DNA of 63,596 nt, counting the filler, from Octopus bimaculoides (Eukaryota), in the NCBI RefSeq assembly GCF_001194135.2. It is 4 parts of 3 records of this genome, joined end to end, with 100 filler letters (N's around TTAATTAATTAA, not from the genome) between each part and the next. Parts side by side here need not be neighbours in the genome. Positions count along the whole stretch, not along the records: positions 22,544 to 40,587 come from NC_068987.1; positions 40,688 to 60,246 come from NC_068998.1; 2 more parts are not named here. One strand, written 5' to 3'. A program made the position numbers and the translations under genes. Each line of letters begins with the position of its first letter. Within the stretch, counting starts at the first letter, position 1. Positions 39,180-52,324 of this stretch are shown here, piece by piece. The notes below the pieces were generated by a model. It did no database searches and was not told where the DNA came from. It saw only the letters and a list, made by a program, of their open reading frames with translations.

Positions 39180-39500
39180 TACACTCTTCAGATACCTCCT
39201 TCATAGGTCCTATAAGAAGCAACTGTCATAACACTTTCTTGATGGATTCCGAAGCATGGCCAACCAAAACTGTGGATATATCCAACCATCCCATTCTTAA
39301 TCCACTCTTTGGTCTCCTGCTGGTTGTGTTGGAATGAAGAATTCGTCTTGCAATCCCTTCCTGCAGCCTTCTTGTCATATGTCCATAGCACCAGAGCTGT
39401 GACCTCTCAATGCAGAGAAGTTTGACCAGGAGAGACTCCAAGTTGTGCACCCTGTTGAGTAACATTACTCCAGAGATCCTTTAGGGGATCCCCATTTCAG
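39180..39500 (-). mobile_element. Old RTE LINE 3' fragment
   Basis: IERSQLWCYGHMTRRLQEGIARRILH...RRPKSGLRMGWLD; related remnant at ~29480-29690. Confidence 0.7.
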
Positions 39501-40587
39501 CCATTTGTATTTGAGATTGTGCCTTTATGGTAATTTATGGTAATTTATGGTAATTTATGGTACATGCTGTAGTTTGTTGTGATGTAAGTATATTTGTATA
39601 TATGTATGTTTGTATGTATTTATGTTTGTATATTTGTATGTATGTATGTATGCCATTATTGAGTTTATTTCAAGATTTCTTGTCAATAGAGAAAGAGCTG
39701 GTTTCTAACCTAGATCCAACGCTCCCTCACTGGAATTTCAACAACATCAACAGGGTACTTCTGTATGTATGAATGTATACGTGTAGATTTGTATGTTTTG
39801 TTTTATGTATGTATACGTGCACTATATATTCATACCTGTTGACATTTTAATATAATACTACAGACACACATTCCATGTTTAAAGCTATTTTCTCACAGTT
39901 TCCTTAACTCTCTTTCTTTCATATTTCTCTTCTACTTTTTCCCTATCAACCTCTTCTCCTTTTCCAGTATTTTGTAACATTGTTACAATTTACCTTGTTT
40001 TGGGGCCAATTTTTAAATTTTCAGATTGTTAATCATTGAAATACTAAAATCTTATTGTTTGAAATATTCAATTTGACCAAAATTACAGACCTTCTATGGG
40101 CTGTGTACATTATAATTACATTATAACCAGGGCCAAGAGCAGATGGCAAAGCTCAAATGGCAGCTGAGTAATGTTTTAATATTTAATTATTATTATCAAT
40201 AATTTCACATTATCTATTTCTGTCTTGCTTCGCATATATTTATACATACAAGCAGTTATACATACATGTCTGTATGTAGGTAAATCCATATATTTATATA
40301 TATATATTTACCTACATAAACTTTTATATGCACTGGTGTGTATGTTTGTGCTAGTATAGGCATATGAATAAACACACACACACATGCATATATATACATG
40401 AATCAGGACACTTAGGTGTAGTGAAACTAATAACCTGGTGTTAAAACTTAATATACATACATAAACTATAGAATAAAACATCAGTCAAGCACAGAAGATA
40501 ATGTTCTTTTGATATTTTATTTAATTTCATATATGTGTGTGTGGGTGTATGTAATATATGTATGTGTGTATATATATATATATATAT

Positions 40588-40687
40588 NNNNNNNNNNNNN
40601 NNNNNNNNNNNNNNNNNNNNNNNNNNNNNNNTTAATTAATTAANNNNNNNNNNNNNNNNNNNNNNNNNNNNNNNNNNNNNNNNNNNN
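40588..40687. other. Scaffold join: 100-nt N spacer with central TTAATTAATTAA linker (also 22444-22543 and 60247-60346)
   Basis: Identical 12-mer with stops in all six frames, centred in three 100-nt gaps. This is an assembly artefact and the true gap size is unknown. Confidence 0.92.
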
Positions 40688-40895
40688 AGAAAAATTTGTA
40701 GTTTGGAATCAGTAGTTCTTTGACTGCTATTTCTAAATTTTCAGTATGTTGGAGAAGCAACTCAATTGCTAATCCCTGTATATTTATAATGATAAATAGT
40801 TTTACCGATAAAGGTTTTTTTTCATACTGAACTACTTGGCAGAATTGTTAATTATTAATTCTATTATTAATTGACGATTCTCTGCCCTTATTCTT

Positions 40896-40931
<36 letters not shown>

Positions 40932-41724
40932 CATTACACAGGTATATATATCATTACACAGGTATACAAAAAGAATACACAGACCTAAAAATAGATGCAT
41001 TTATATATTTTTCTATGTATATATGAGTATATGTGTGTATACACACGAATATATAAATATATATGTATGTATATACAGATATACCGGAGTCTGCATAAGT
41101 GTGCATGTGTGTGCATGATTGTGTGTGTTTTTGAACGTGTGTGCATGATTGTGTGTGTTTTTGAATGTGTGTTTATTCATGCAAATTTATATTTAGTCAA
41201 TTTTGTTTCATATATATACCCGTATGTACTTGTGAGTTGAGAATGCTTACGTAAAGTTGAAATGATTCTTCTAATTTAATCATTACCGACATTATTAATA
41301 CAGATGCATACAGAGAATATTTCTTCTAGTAATGTATGAAACACAGCAACTGCTGATTTAACGACCACTTATACGTTTTTTTTCGTATACTAAACTAAAA
41401 AGTAACAGATGCCAGTAATATCTCAATAAAGCATACATGTTTTGTACTTGTAATGTTCTAATGTATTTTGCTGAAATGCTGCACATATTTACGATGATAT
41501 TACTGACCATGCGTTCAAAGGTTTCTATATCCTTGCCAATGGGTTTCAAAGAAGCAGTGGTGGTGTGCTTGTTTTTGTTGGTTGATTTCATGCTAACAAT
41601 ATAACAATTTTGAAATCAATGATACATGAAAATAGAATTGTCTTCACGTAATATAAAAGCGCACAATCAAAGCTGTTTTGTATTTAGATAAGCTCGTTAT
41701 TGTTTCCCGATATTCCAAACATGC

Positions 41725-41765
<41 letters not shown>

Positions 41766-42971
41766 CTTAATTTCTGACCTTGGATTTTAAGATATCAGTC
41801 AAGGAAAGCTGCTTTTAATAGTCTTTCCTCTACATGAGCAAGTTTGGTGCAATATCTTGTAAACTTGGAATTACACGAAACATAGAAATTGGGAAATTGA
41901 AAGAACACTGCGCTTGTGTGAAATTATATTTAAAGTTGGAGCAATGTAAGATATCAACAAGAAGAATAGTTTGAGCTTTCTATAATAAACAGTATTAGTA
42001 TGAATGTTTGGAATCTGGAAGAACTGCCTACAAAGATAATGTGCCGAGACCCTTTTTTTATTGTGAAATATTTTGTCACGAACCTAAGTAATAGGCATCC
42101 GGTATTTTTCTTGTCCCAGTGTTTTAAAATTAAAACCCAAGCTGAACAAAGTTACCCAGAATTTTTTTCTGAGTCTGTTGATTGAATCATAAAGGTTAAC
42201 CTAATTATAGAGGAGCAGTTCCAGGTTGGTACATGAACAGAGTATTCATCCTTTCACAACCACCGTGTTACACTGTATCGAGTTTAGTCGACATATTTCT
42301 AGATCTGTTTGCAATTTCATAGGCACATAAAGCATATTGCAAATCACAGTACAATCTCTGAAATGGTATTCACTTGTGTGTGTTTGTGTGTATATATAAA
42401 TGGATCAGTTTTGTAAATGATTTTGATCTGGAAATTTTCTACTTATTTGAAGAGATGTATTTATAAAACAAATGTTTTTCAATTATGTCATTGCTTTCTA
42501 AAGGAGAGTTTGCATGAAATTTGTGTATAGAATGGAGCATCACTTGATGGTGTCTATTACTGCATTGTAATGAAAACCCCTACACACCAGATGAGTTCAA
42601 ATGCAATTTTATTTTGTTATTATGTATAGTGATCTCTTAGGAAAAAATAAACTATTTTCCTAATTTGAAATCGTGGTTCTGCTGTGATTAAGAATTCTTG
42701 AATTTCTCGTCGATCAGTTGCATGTAACTCAAATTTCCCCCGGTGTTTTCTATTTTATCGCATTACACCAATAACATCAATGTTCTTACATATAATCGTG
42801 TATATAGCGGACTGGTGGCAATCGCATGCTGCTTCGACAAACTCTGAAAAAAAAATCAATTGCCAGCAATTTATAAAGACAAAATGGTACAAAATAAAAA
42901 TATAAAGCTAGCATTCGTTAGAATACATTCAATGTCGTATTATACATTTTTTTTCGGAATATTTTACTAAC

Positions 42972-43200
42972 ATTTGCTGGCGCCACAAAGTAAACAGCAG
43001 AAATATAACGCCACAGACAGCAGATGAAAATAGAGAAGCAACAGCAGCGACACAGAAAAACAAACAGCAAAGAAAAAAAGCAAAAAAGACACAACGAAAA
43101 GAGACCACGAATACGAGTAGAAGGGAAAAAGATGAACGCGTCATTATTTGCGACGAAATAAATAACGTGCGTGGCCAAAATGGCGTCACATATCACAAAA
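42972..43200 (-). promoter_or_regulatory. Probable promoter/non-coding first exon of the ZMYM-like gene
   Basis: CpG-rich patch with a YY1-type motif CAAAATGGCG at 43176-43185, a pyrimidine-rich leader on the - strand and a donor AAT|gttagt at 42972/42971. Linkage to ZMYM is inference. Confidence 0.5.
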
Positions 43201-43922
43201 CAATTATGACATCTGCAGAAGTTGCAGCAGCCCCAGTAGTAGGATCAACGTCTTAAAATCTTAGTAGTGCATTTTCATAACAAAGATCAATCAGGTTCTC
43301 CATGACATTCTCCATTCCTTTCTCTCTCCCCATCTCTTTTTTTCCCGTAACATTCATTAAGCATAGAACTATATTTTCCCAACTTCTCTGGTCACCACTC
43401 CCGTTCTCACAGCACATCACTCAGTGAGGTCGACTCTAGAAGTATTCCTTACTACAAAGCAATGAAGACAGAACAAGAGATCAATGTCTGCAACACGCAA
43501 GCATAAAAAAAAATGTGATTTTGAAATAATATTATTCGAAGAACCTCATGAAATAGAAGTGAATAGCTACAAAGATGGTGGGATTCAGGAGTCAGATTTC
43601 CAACCCTCTGTTCAGAAATCCTTCTAATCCTTCTGTTCAGAAGCCCTTCTAATCAAAAGAAAATAACGAAGAAGTGTACGTAGACTTGACACGAGTATTC
43701 ACAAATACCCACGAGCAACCTTCATATTCATTGAATCCCTTCCCGTTGATGAAAGTGAATTTGAAGTTCTTACCAAACAACGAAGTACGTGACGTCTCTA
43801 TAATTATCCATGAGGTTCTTTCGAAATAGAGTTTCTTGTTTAACATCTCATGCAATTTGGTTAAATATACTATAGCCTCACGAAGACCAGTTGCCTCTGC
43901 TCTCTGATCTTCATATTCATAC

Positions 43923-43960
<38 letters not shown>

Positions 43961-45090
43961 GGCTGTGAGATAACATTTTACTCAAAATACCGGCACTCAG
44001 CTTCCGTCAATACATTTTCCCAACTTGTGCGTGAGTTCTTCGCTCTGTCTTCGAATGTCTTAGAACACCCTGATCTTTGCTTTCGGCTTAGACTTAGTGT
44101 TATAGTCAGAGCGGTTAGTACCTTTCTCAACCGTTCTCTGCATACAAGAATTTATGGGCTTACAATCCAGGAATTAAGAGACCAAAAGTTAGGGGCTGGT
44201 GAAGTTGTAGTAATGATCTCCAATGCCGTTGACTGTTCACTAGTTATCGGGATGTTCCTTAAAAACGGAAAGCCGTCAAATTTAACTCGAACGCTATGTA
44301 TAAGAAAGCGTGTGCATGTGCGATTGTGTTATAAAGACTGAAAGAGAGACTGGAGCTTAAAGTAACTGATTTAAATCTTAAATATAAGGAAGGTAGAAAC
44401 TGCTGCAATCGGAAACATTTTAAATTTTAGTTTTCAAAAACAGAATTGTTATTGGTAGGGTGGAGTAGAGAATGAATAGACAGATGGCAGTCTTTGTTAA
44501 GGAAACGTTAAGTGTAATATGATGAAAATGTATGCATCTGAAGCTGTCTCTAAAGTTTCATGGGGTTTACGTTTTGTAGAACATTTAGTTTAACATAAGC
44601 GATGGGGTGAACACAGAAGAGCGATAATCTAAACAATAGCGTAACAATCCATTATCTATTGGTTCCGGCAGATTCGGATGTGAACGTCTGACCTCTATTT
44701 ATATTTTTTGTTTCGTCATCGGAGAACTCCTCAGTATTTCATTTGTTCATGACATGCGTCATAACAAATGAATTCACTGGCAATATGTTTGATTGTAAAA
44801 ATCTATGCTCTTCTTGCTATAATGATAAAATTATCGTTAAAACTTTATTACCGCATTGTTGACACTATGTTGAATTCCCGTGATATTGTTATGTTGCTGT
44901 ATTAGTCTTATCTCAGTTTTACTGCCTAAAATCTTTATTTAATATGAGTGTATTATTGAAAAGGGAGAGTTAATAAAGTGAATGAGAAAGTATTGTGCAA
45001 ATGGTAAAATGGCTTTATGTCTATGAAAATTGTCATTTAAAATATAGCCTTATGAGTTGACTTACACCAAATATAAACTTATGGTTTTCA

Positions 45091-45200
45091 TCATACCAAG
45101 ATGAAGAATAAAGCTACCATAAGCATGCAGAGGGAGAAGTTAATGTTGGGCGACGCGACGCCTTTCCCGAAAGTATGCGGTTTTAATGTAGGGTCATTCC
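45091..45200 (-). CDS. Six-Cys family paralog A, terminal exon with GPI-signal-like tail (WNDPTLKPHTFGKGVASPNINFSLCMLMVALFFILV*)
   Basis: atttatttcag acceptor, phase 1 in frame with exon 3. Small-residue cluster then hydrophobic C-terminus; AATAAA on the - strand at 44934-44939. Confidence 0.85.
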
Positions 45201-45429
45201 CTGAAATAAATATGAAAGATCGGTAAAAATCTATTGAAACTCTTACTACAGATAGTAGAGATATAGATGCAAATTTTATGCATCGCATACTCGTGAATAA
45301 ACTAGACACTCGAGTATATTCTTCAGAACTGCTCCAATTAAACTTGTCATATGGATTTTAATTTTCTTGGAGACCATTTTGAAGCTTCAAGAAAATACAT
45401 AATTTGTCTATTTTAACGCTGGAATAGAC

Positions 45430-45850
45430 ATTAGAATTCTATTGGTGCTACCTATATAACTCAATCGTTCTGCCTACAACAATCTATGCCAGCTAGACGT
45501 GCAAGAAAACAATAAGGTCGGATAGGAAATTAAATATACTCCACCAAATGTGTCTCAGACAGAACCTGAACTTCAAATGTTTGATTAATATCACAAATGA
45601 GGAGATTTCGAGAAGAATAAGGTCACAACCGCTGCAAAGTTTTGTAGCTGAGAGTCGATTCTGCATCGCTGGCGTCATTCTCCCTCTAGTCAATCATTGG
45701 AGGTCGAAAACAGCCTGTCACCAGGCGTAAAATAGCTATGCGAAAGATCACTTGCTGAAGGTCATTTCATGATGAATTCGTGACATTTCGTGGAATGAAT
45801 AATATGGTAATCTAGTATCCGATCGAATCTGGGGGAAGGAGATTTTCGTG
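45430..45850 (+). mobile_element. Old RTE LINE fragment in the last intron of paralog A
   Basis: CLRQNLNFKCLINITNEEISRRIRSQPLQSFVAESRFCIAG resembles CLRRIL.I.W...ITNEE..RR....RRLRFAGH. Confidence 0.6.
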
Positions 45851-46366
45851 AAATGCGCCCAGCGGTACAGGAAAACCTGGAGCTACGAGAAATACAACTA
45901 TTTAAACAAATCTTGAATTTTCTAAATAGTCAAATTTACATAACGTAAAAGTATTCAAAAATTATTTAACATAATTTATTTTAAAATAACATTAACCCTT
46001 TAGCATTTAAACTATCCGCATCTGGCTAAAATATTCTACCTGTTTTATGCGCAAACTGGTCACCTCTGGCCTCTAATACCTACCCACCAACATAATTTTA
46101 AAAATAAAGAACCACACCATCAAAATCGCATACCAACGTGATAATGCATGGTTAATTAAAAACAAAGTAAATAAATAAATCAGCTTTACATTTGGCAGTG
46201 TATTGCTAACCCAAGCCAAACGTCAAGGATTTCTTTTGAAATATTAAATTAATTTTAATATATGTTCAACGCTTATTAAATTGCGTCCGACAAAATAATT
46301 TTACAGAATTCGATAACGCTTTTAATGTAGTGTGTTATTACATAATTTACTACAAGCAAGACTTAC

Positions 46367-46455
46367 AAGCACACGTTTCGTGAAAAACGGTATGGAAGTG
46401 GAGACTACACTGCATAAATTTGTTCCGAAAACACATTTCAAATAACTTCGCGCGC
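46367..46455 (-). CDS. Six-Cys family paralog A, exon 3 (RAKLFEMCFRNKFMQCSLHFHTVFHETCA)
   Basis: ttctttttcag acceptor, T|gtaagt donor; 89 nt, phase 2->1, same length and phase as in paralogs B and C. Confidence 0.9.
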
Positions 46456-46916
46456 CTGAAAAAGAAAATATTTTTTCAGATATATTATTATGGAAAATTG
46501 AAATTTCCATAGTTGAAAATAGTTTAAAATATTTATGTTTTGATATCTAAGCAACTTTGTGAGGACAATAACTGACGGCTTTTACAATGATTAGATTTTA
46601 GGAGCAAACCTTTAAAATTGTGATGATAATTTGCCCAAAGAAGAAGTAATAAGCATAGCATCTCCAATGTGGTCCTAATTAAAAGGCAGATATTATTCAT
46701 TTTGATCATCTTTAAGGCCATACCATGGAATATTTTACCTATTCTTTGTCCGATAACATGTTCAGCAGTTCAAATCTGGCGGTTACTTTTAACAACAATT
46801 CAAATGTCTAGTACATGCGAAATATTATGAGACAGAAATAGTAGCACTGAATAGCTGATAATATTTATAAATTAGATATGTCAATAACAGAAGCAAAAGT
46901 AGAAGCGTCTATGTAC

Positions 46917-47016
46917 TTGCACGAAGAAGGATCATTTTTCTGTTCGGGATATTTTTTAAAGACTTGCGGGCACAGAAGTTTAGCAGTTTCGTAGCAAAAT
47001 TCTGAGGCTGTTAAAC
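46917..47016 (-). CDS. Six-Cys family paralog A, exon 2 (GLTASEFCYETAKLLCPQVFKKYPEQKNDPSSCK)
   Basis: gaattccag acceptor, AA|gtacat donor, phase 1->2; homologous to paralog B and C exon 2. Confidence 0.88.
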
Positions 47017-47894
47017 CTGGAATTCGATTAAAACAAAACCGGTTAATTCAATATATATCAAACACAGACTCACACTCATATATATACATACATACATNNN
47101 NNNNNNNTATATATGTATGTATATATATATATACTTGTACATCCATATACATGAACATATGTATGTATACACACACACACACACACATACACAGATATAT
47201 ATATACATTGCATTTAACTTATTTCTGTATTTCCATTTCAGTTCGTAATCTTATTTTATTCTATAAGACTGAAAAGTGACTCTTAATAGGACCAAAATTT
47301 GCTTCGTAGGCATAACATTTATCGCTACGTACTCTTTTCAAGAGAGCGCTTGTGGATACAAATAACAGACTGTAGGTACAGAGTTAGTACAATGATTTAA
47401 GAAATGTACATCAAATCAGTTGACCTGTTAAGAAGATCAATAAGTGTACTCTGTATATATAAAGGAGGATAGAAACATAGACAAAAATTTCTACAGACAA
47501 TAATCATTGAAAGAGGATGCCAGTAATTGCCAAGCAATAGCTTCTCAAACTTTACTCAACAGATTCTGAATCGAGATGTAGTAGACGTCAACAACAGAGT
47601 ATGAGATATTAAAGATGACACGGATATCCAAGAATTGATTTTTAAAGAGAAATAACCATAAATCTTAACTAACTTAATTACATTAAAATTTATTTGTAAA
47701 TATCTTCCGTTAGTTGTATATTTTCATTTCTTATATTTCCTGCGACACAAATCCAATTCTTTAATACGTCGTTTACCAACAACATTTGTGGTATATAGAG
47801 TAAAGTAATTGTTATTGGAGTCGAAAATAAGATGAGTCGCGAGTTTTCTTCCTGCATTCAGCACCCTACATTCGATACTTTACTATATAGACAG

Positions 47895-47927
<33 letters not shown>

Positions 47928-48675
47928 NNNNNNNNNNNNNNNNNNNNNNNNNNNNNNNNNNNNNNNNNNNNNNNNNNNNNNNNNNNNNNNNNNNNNNNNN
48001 NNNNNNNNNNNNNNNNNNNNNNNNNNNNNNNNNNNNNNNNNNNNNNNNNNNNNNNNNNNNNNNNNNNNNNNNNNNNNNNNNNNNNNNNNNNNNNNNNNNN
48101 NNNNNNNNNNNNNNNNNNNNNNNNNNNNNNNNNNNNNNNNNNNNNNNNNNNNNNNNNNNNNNNNNNNNNNNNNNNNNNNNNNNNNNNNNNNNNNNNNNNN
48201 NNNNNNNNNNNNNNNNNNNNNNNNNNNNNNNNNNNNNNNNNNNNNNNNNNNNNNNNNNNNNNNNNNNNNNNNNNNNNNNNNNNNNNNNNNNNNNNNNNNN
48301 NNNNNNNNNNNNNNNNNNNNNNNNNNNNNNNNNNNNNNNNNNNNNNNNNNNNNNNNNNNNNNNNNNNNNNNNNNNNNNNNNNNNNNNNNNNNNNNNNNNN
48401 NNNNNNNNNNNNNNNNNNNNNNNNNNNNNNNNNNNNNNNNNNNNNNNNNNNNNNNNNNNNNNNNNNNNNNNNNNNNNNNNNNNNNNNNNNNNNNNNNNNN
48501 NNNNNNNNNNNNNNNNNNNNNNNNNNNNNNNNNNNNNNNNNNNNNNNNNNNNNNNNNNNNNNNNNNNNNNNNNNNNNNNNNNNNNNNNNNNNNNNNNNNN
48601 NNNNNNNNNNNNNNNNNNNNNNNNNNNNNNNNNNNNNNNNNNNNNNNNNNNNNNNNNNNNNNNNNNNNNNNNNNN

Positions 48676-48723
<48 letters not shown>

Positions 48724-49194
48724 ATATTAGCCTAAGTACCAAGCGTGCTTGATTATGAAAAATGTTAAAGGAAATAAATATATTTATTCTGATAAAAGAG
48801 ATATTTCCAGAAATATTCTATCAGATGACATGAGTGTAAACAAAGTTATTAAAACGAATTCCGAAATCAATCAAAGCTTAATTTTGTAGAACGTCTCTAA
48901 ATATACAATGGTTTCAGCGTGTCCTTTAATTGGGGTACGAAGAAAACGAGTGTTTGGACTTCCAACTCGCGAATATCCTACATATAGTTGCCCACGACAG
49001 AAAGGGGGAGCAAGGTTAAGTCAAGCAACGTCGAGATATTGTGTTTGAGATTTATTTATGGACATAGCAAGACTTACATTATTTACATTTGACGGATATT
49101 TGTACTCATCGTGTTTGTTGTGGTAGCTTTTAATACTTATATTGCTTAGAAAATTATTTTGAATAAGGCATCCAATGAAATAAAACAAACAAGA

Positions 49195-49655
49195 GTTCCA
49201 CTGCGACGTTTTGAAGCGATTGAGGGACGACATTCGGCGAAAGTGACCAGATGAGTGGAGTGCGAATAATTGGACTCTTCGCGATGACAATGTTCTCCTC
49301 ACTTGTGTGTTCTCTACCCAAAACAACAGGCTCTCACTTCCGTTCCAACCCTATTTGCCAGTTGTAACATCTGTAGATTTCTATTTCTTCCCCCAAGAAA
49401 ACACAGCGCAAAGGTCACCGTTTTAAAACCGTTGTCGAGGTCCAGAGCGAATCATAGAAAGATCTCGACTGGCTTACGATAAACGACTTCCAGACCGAAA
49501 TTTAAAAGTGGCAGAAACGCTAGGACCGATGTATTGCTGCGCTAGGTGACGATTTTGAAGTATATGATGTTAAAACGTGGGTAAACAAGTTATATATTTT
49601 ATTAGACATAACTCGTCCGGGAGCCTTTTCATACCATCTTGTATATGAGCAAAAC
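49195..49655 (+). mobile_element. Decayed mariner transposase C-terminus with 3' terminus
   Basis: LKRLRDDIRRK*PDEW...W...DN...QPY.P...DFYFFP...KGHRF...KWQKR*DRCIAALGDDFE (degenerate HPPYSPDLAPCDF region), ending ...cataccatcttg|TA. Confidence 0.75.
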
Positions 49656-50977
49656 TCTCCTTTCACAAATCTGAAAATAATTTCCAGATAACTTTTTTCT
49701 GTGTGTTTAGAACAAAGAAAAAAAAAAATTCGTTTACATCTTGGGAAATAGCAACCGACAATTTTATGGCGTTGTTCATTTGAAAGTTTCGAAAAGATTC
49801 CGCATAAATATCTCGAGATTGTTTCTTTCTTTTTGACTGAATCGCAACACGTCATCTCACAAAATACAACCGTTTCTACAAATACCGAAATAGGTTCGAA
49901 GTTTTGATGCTTAACTCTCCATATTCACAGGAAAGATAAATGGGATTTCAATGAGCTATAGATTCCTATCAATCCATTGACGCAATTATATACGTCAAAT
50001 TTTCTCTACAGCAATTAGATTCGTACACAAATGGTCCATTCATAAACAAACATCATTGGATCACATGTTAGCAAGCCTATTACAAGTGACATTTGTAACA
50101 ATATAAAAAGTGAAATCAGTGCATCAAAGGATTCAACGAATATGCGTTTATACACTTTTATAGATTTATTCTAATGCAAATGCTTCAGCATCATATCTCT
50201 CAGGCAAATGCATGTTTTCCCTAATATTAGAAATTGAAAATACATTTACCACTCTTTCCAAGCAACGAAAACCAGATAAGGCAATGTTGTCACAGCAAAT
50301 CAAAATCCACCGAAACATTAAGTTTATTATTCACAAGAAACTCATGCTAGAGATTACTATGTACCATTCAGTTAGGAAATAAATTAAATTTGATATTCGA
50401 AACACGTCATAATTGTTCTATTATTTATTATTCATCTCCTTATGCGTAGAAAGCTTATATAATCAGCTGCAGTCCCATGAATCTTTATGGGTATTGCTGG
50501 TCATTCAAGCGCCATGCATGTGAGAAACTGAGTTCAAATTAAGTTTATAAATTCATGTTTTTTTGGCTGAAGAATTATTTGCCCCGGCGCAAAAAATAAA
50601 AAGTAGGCAATACGTAAATATTAAGGAATGTACAACAAACAAAATGTTTCGAGAATGTTTTATTATAGTCCATCGTATTGCGATAGCTTTTTATCGCTTT
50701 TGTAAAAAGGTAATTTTTTTCCGACGCAAATATTAAATCATTAAAATATTTATTGTTACTTAAAATATTTTAAAGCACATATAAATTATTAAAACATATT
50801 TCGATATATTAGATATATCGTTAGACTGTCACTGTAACGAAGCAAATTACATATATTACGAAATATAACTTACGATCGTGAAACGGAAGCACCTGTTACA
50901 ATAATTGTATTAATTAAAGGAAATGAATGTTTGGAACACAGTATGAGCAAACGTTGTATCTAACACTGATAGCCACG

Positions 50978-51014
50978 ATGAAATGTCGTCTAGGTATATT
51001 TCTTCTCATCGCTG
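50978..51014 (+). CDS. Six-Cys family paralog B, exon 1: signal peptide MKCRLGIFLLIA(G)
   Basis: gccacgATG context, G|gtaagt donor, phase 1. Spliced to exon 2 it gives MKCRLGIFLLIAGVDA-VTQFC with a V-x-A cleavage motif. Confidence 0.85.
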
Positions 51015-51807
51015 GTAAGTAATTACACGATAATGTATTAATTATTCCCGATTGTATCAATTCACTGTATCTACATGATTGATACACTGTTATAGGGATA
51101 AGATTTTTAAACCCCAAGTAAGATAAATTTAATCATTGTTTGTTAAGAGTGGGTTTGAATTTCTTAATAAAGTCCTTTTCTTTGCGTTTTCTCTCTTATC
51201 CCTATAACTAAAACACAAAAAATATCTCAAATGTCATCATTTCTAAAATAAACTTGGCATCATTTCTAAAAATAGCCAAACACCTACTGCTGCTGTCAAA
51301 AGGAATACGTATAAAAGACAAAAAAAAAAGAAAAAAAACAGCCAGTCTGTTTCAGTCTGTTACACTCTGTCAGACGAGGCCTCATGAATGCCAATAGACA
51401 TGAAAATACGTATTAGCCTTTAGATATTTAATTCTCTATATTGAATACTCAATATTTCATATATTCAATAAGACATTCAATACTTCATTTCATTTTACCA
51501 TTTATTTTATTTTATATTATGTATTATATATTCCATATTCTATATCCCACATTAATTTTACAAGAATATAAATAAAAAACAGACAGAGTTGGAACTCTTT
51601 TAAATAAAATAATATATTCTTCTATACACGATCATACAAAACNNNNNNNNNNNNNNNNNNNNNNNNNNNNNNNNNNNNNNNNNNNNNNNNNNNNNNNNNN
51701 NNNNNNNNNNNNNNNNNNNNNNNNNNNNNNNNNNNNNNNNNNNNNNNNNNNNNNNNNNNNNNNNNNNNNNNNNNNNNNNNNNNNNNNNNNNNNNNNNNNN
51801 NNNNNNN

Positions 51808-51845
<38 letters not shown>

Positions 51846-51888
51846 CTTGAAGACGCCTGGCTCTTTTATACGAATTTTAATTTTGCAG

Positions 51889-51991
51889 GTGTTGATGCAG
51901 TGACCCAGTTTTGTAGGGACACAGTCAATGATCTTTGCCCTGACATCTTTAGAATATATCCTAAATCTCAACCAGATAGGAACTATTGCAA
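51889..51991 (+). CDS. Six-Cys family paralog B, exon 2 (GVDAVTQFCRDTVNDLCPDIFRIYPKSQPDRNYCK)
   Basis: ttaattttgcag acceptor, AA|gtataa donor, phase 1->2. Confidence 0.9.
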
Positions 51992-52324
51992 GTATAAAAT
52001 CTCTTATAAATTCTCTTTATGATATTTATTGCTTATAATATTTGCATGTTTATTCAAAGAGACGGTGATAAAATCGATATCGCCTTTTATTTTCCAATAT
52101 TTCTAAGACCGACTTTACAACGCAAATACTTCTGTAGAATGAATTTAATTAAAGAAACCCGCTACATAATTAAAGATATACGATTTCAAACTAAGAAAAT
52201 GCAGCAGAGAATGATGGAAATAATGGAAATGAAGTACGAAATTATAAAGCAGAGCACAATCATCGGTTGTTAACGAAAAGGGTGGCGTTTTATTGATACT
52301 AATAAATATTATTTGCTATTTTAT

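Noticed and set aside
41508-41591. Possible - strand ATG exon MKSTNKNKHTTTASLKPIGKDIETFERM|gtcagt
   Set aside because: It ends at phase 0 while the next known ZMYM exon needs phase 1, and there is no recognisable homology.
43649-44341. ORFs of 91 and 104 aa near the ZMYM promoter
   Set aside because: No recognisable motifs, splice signals or six-Cys pattern.
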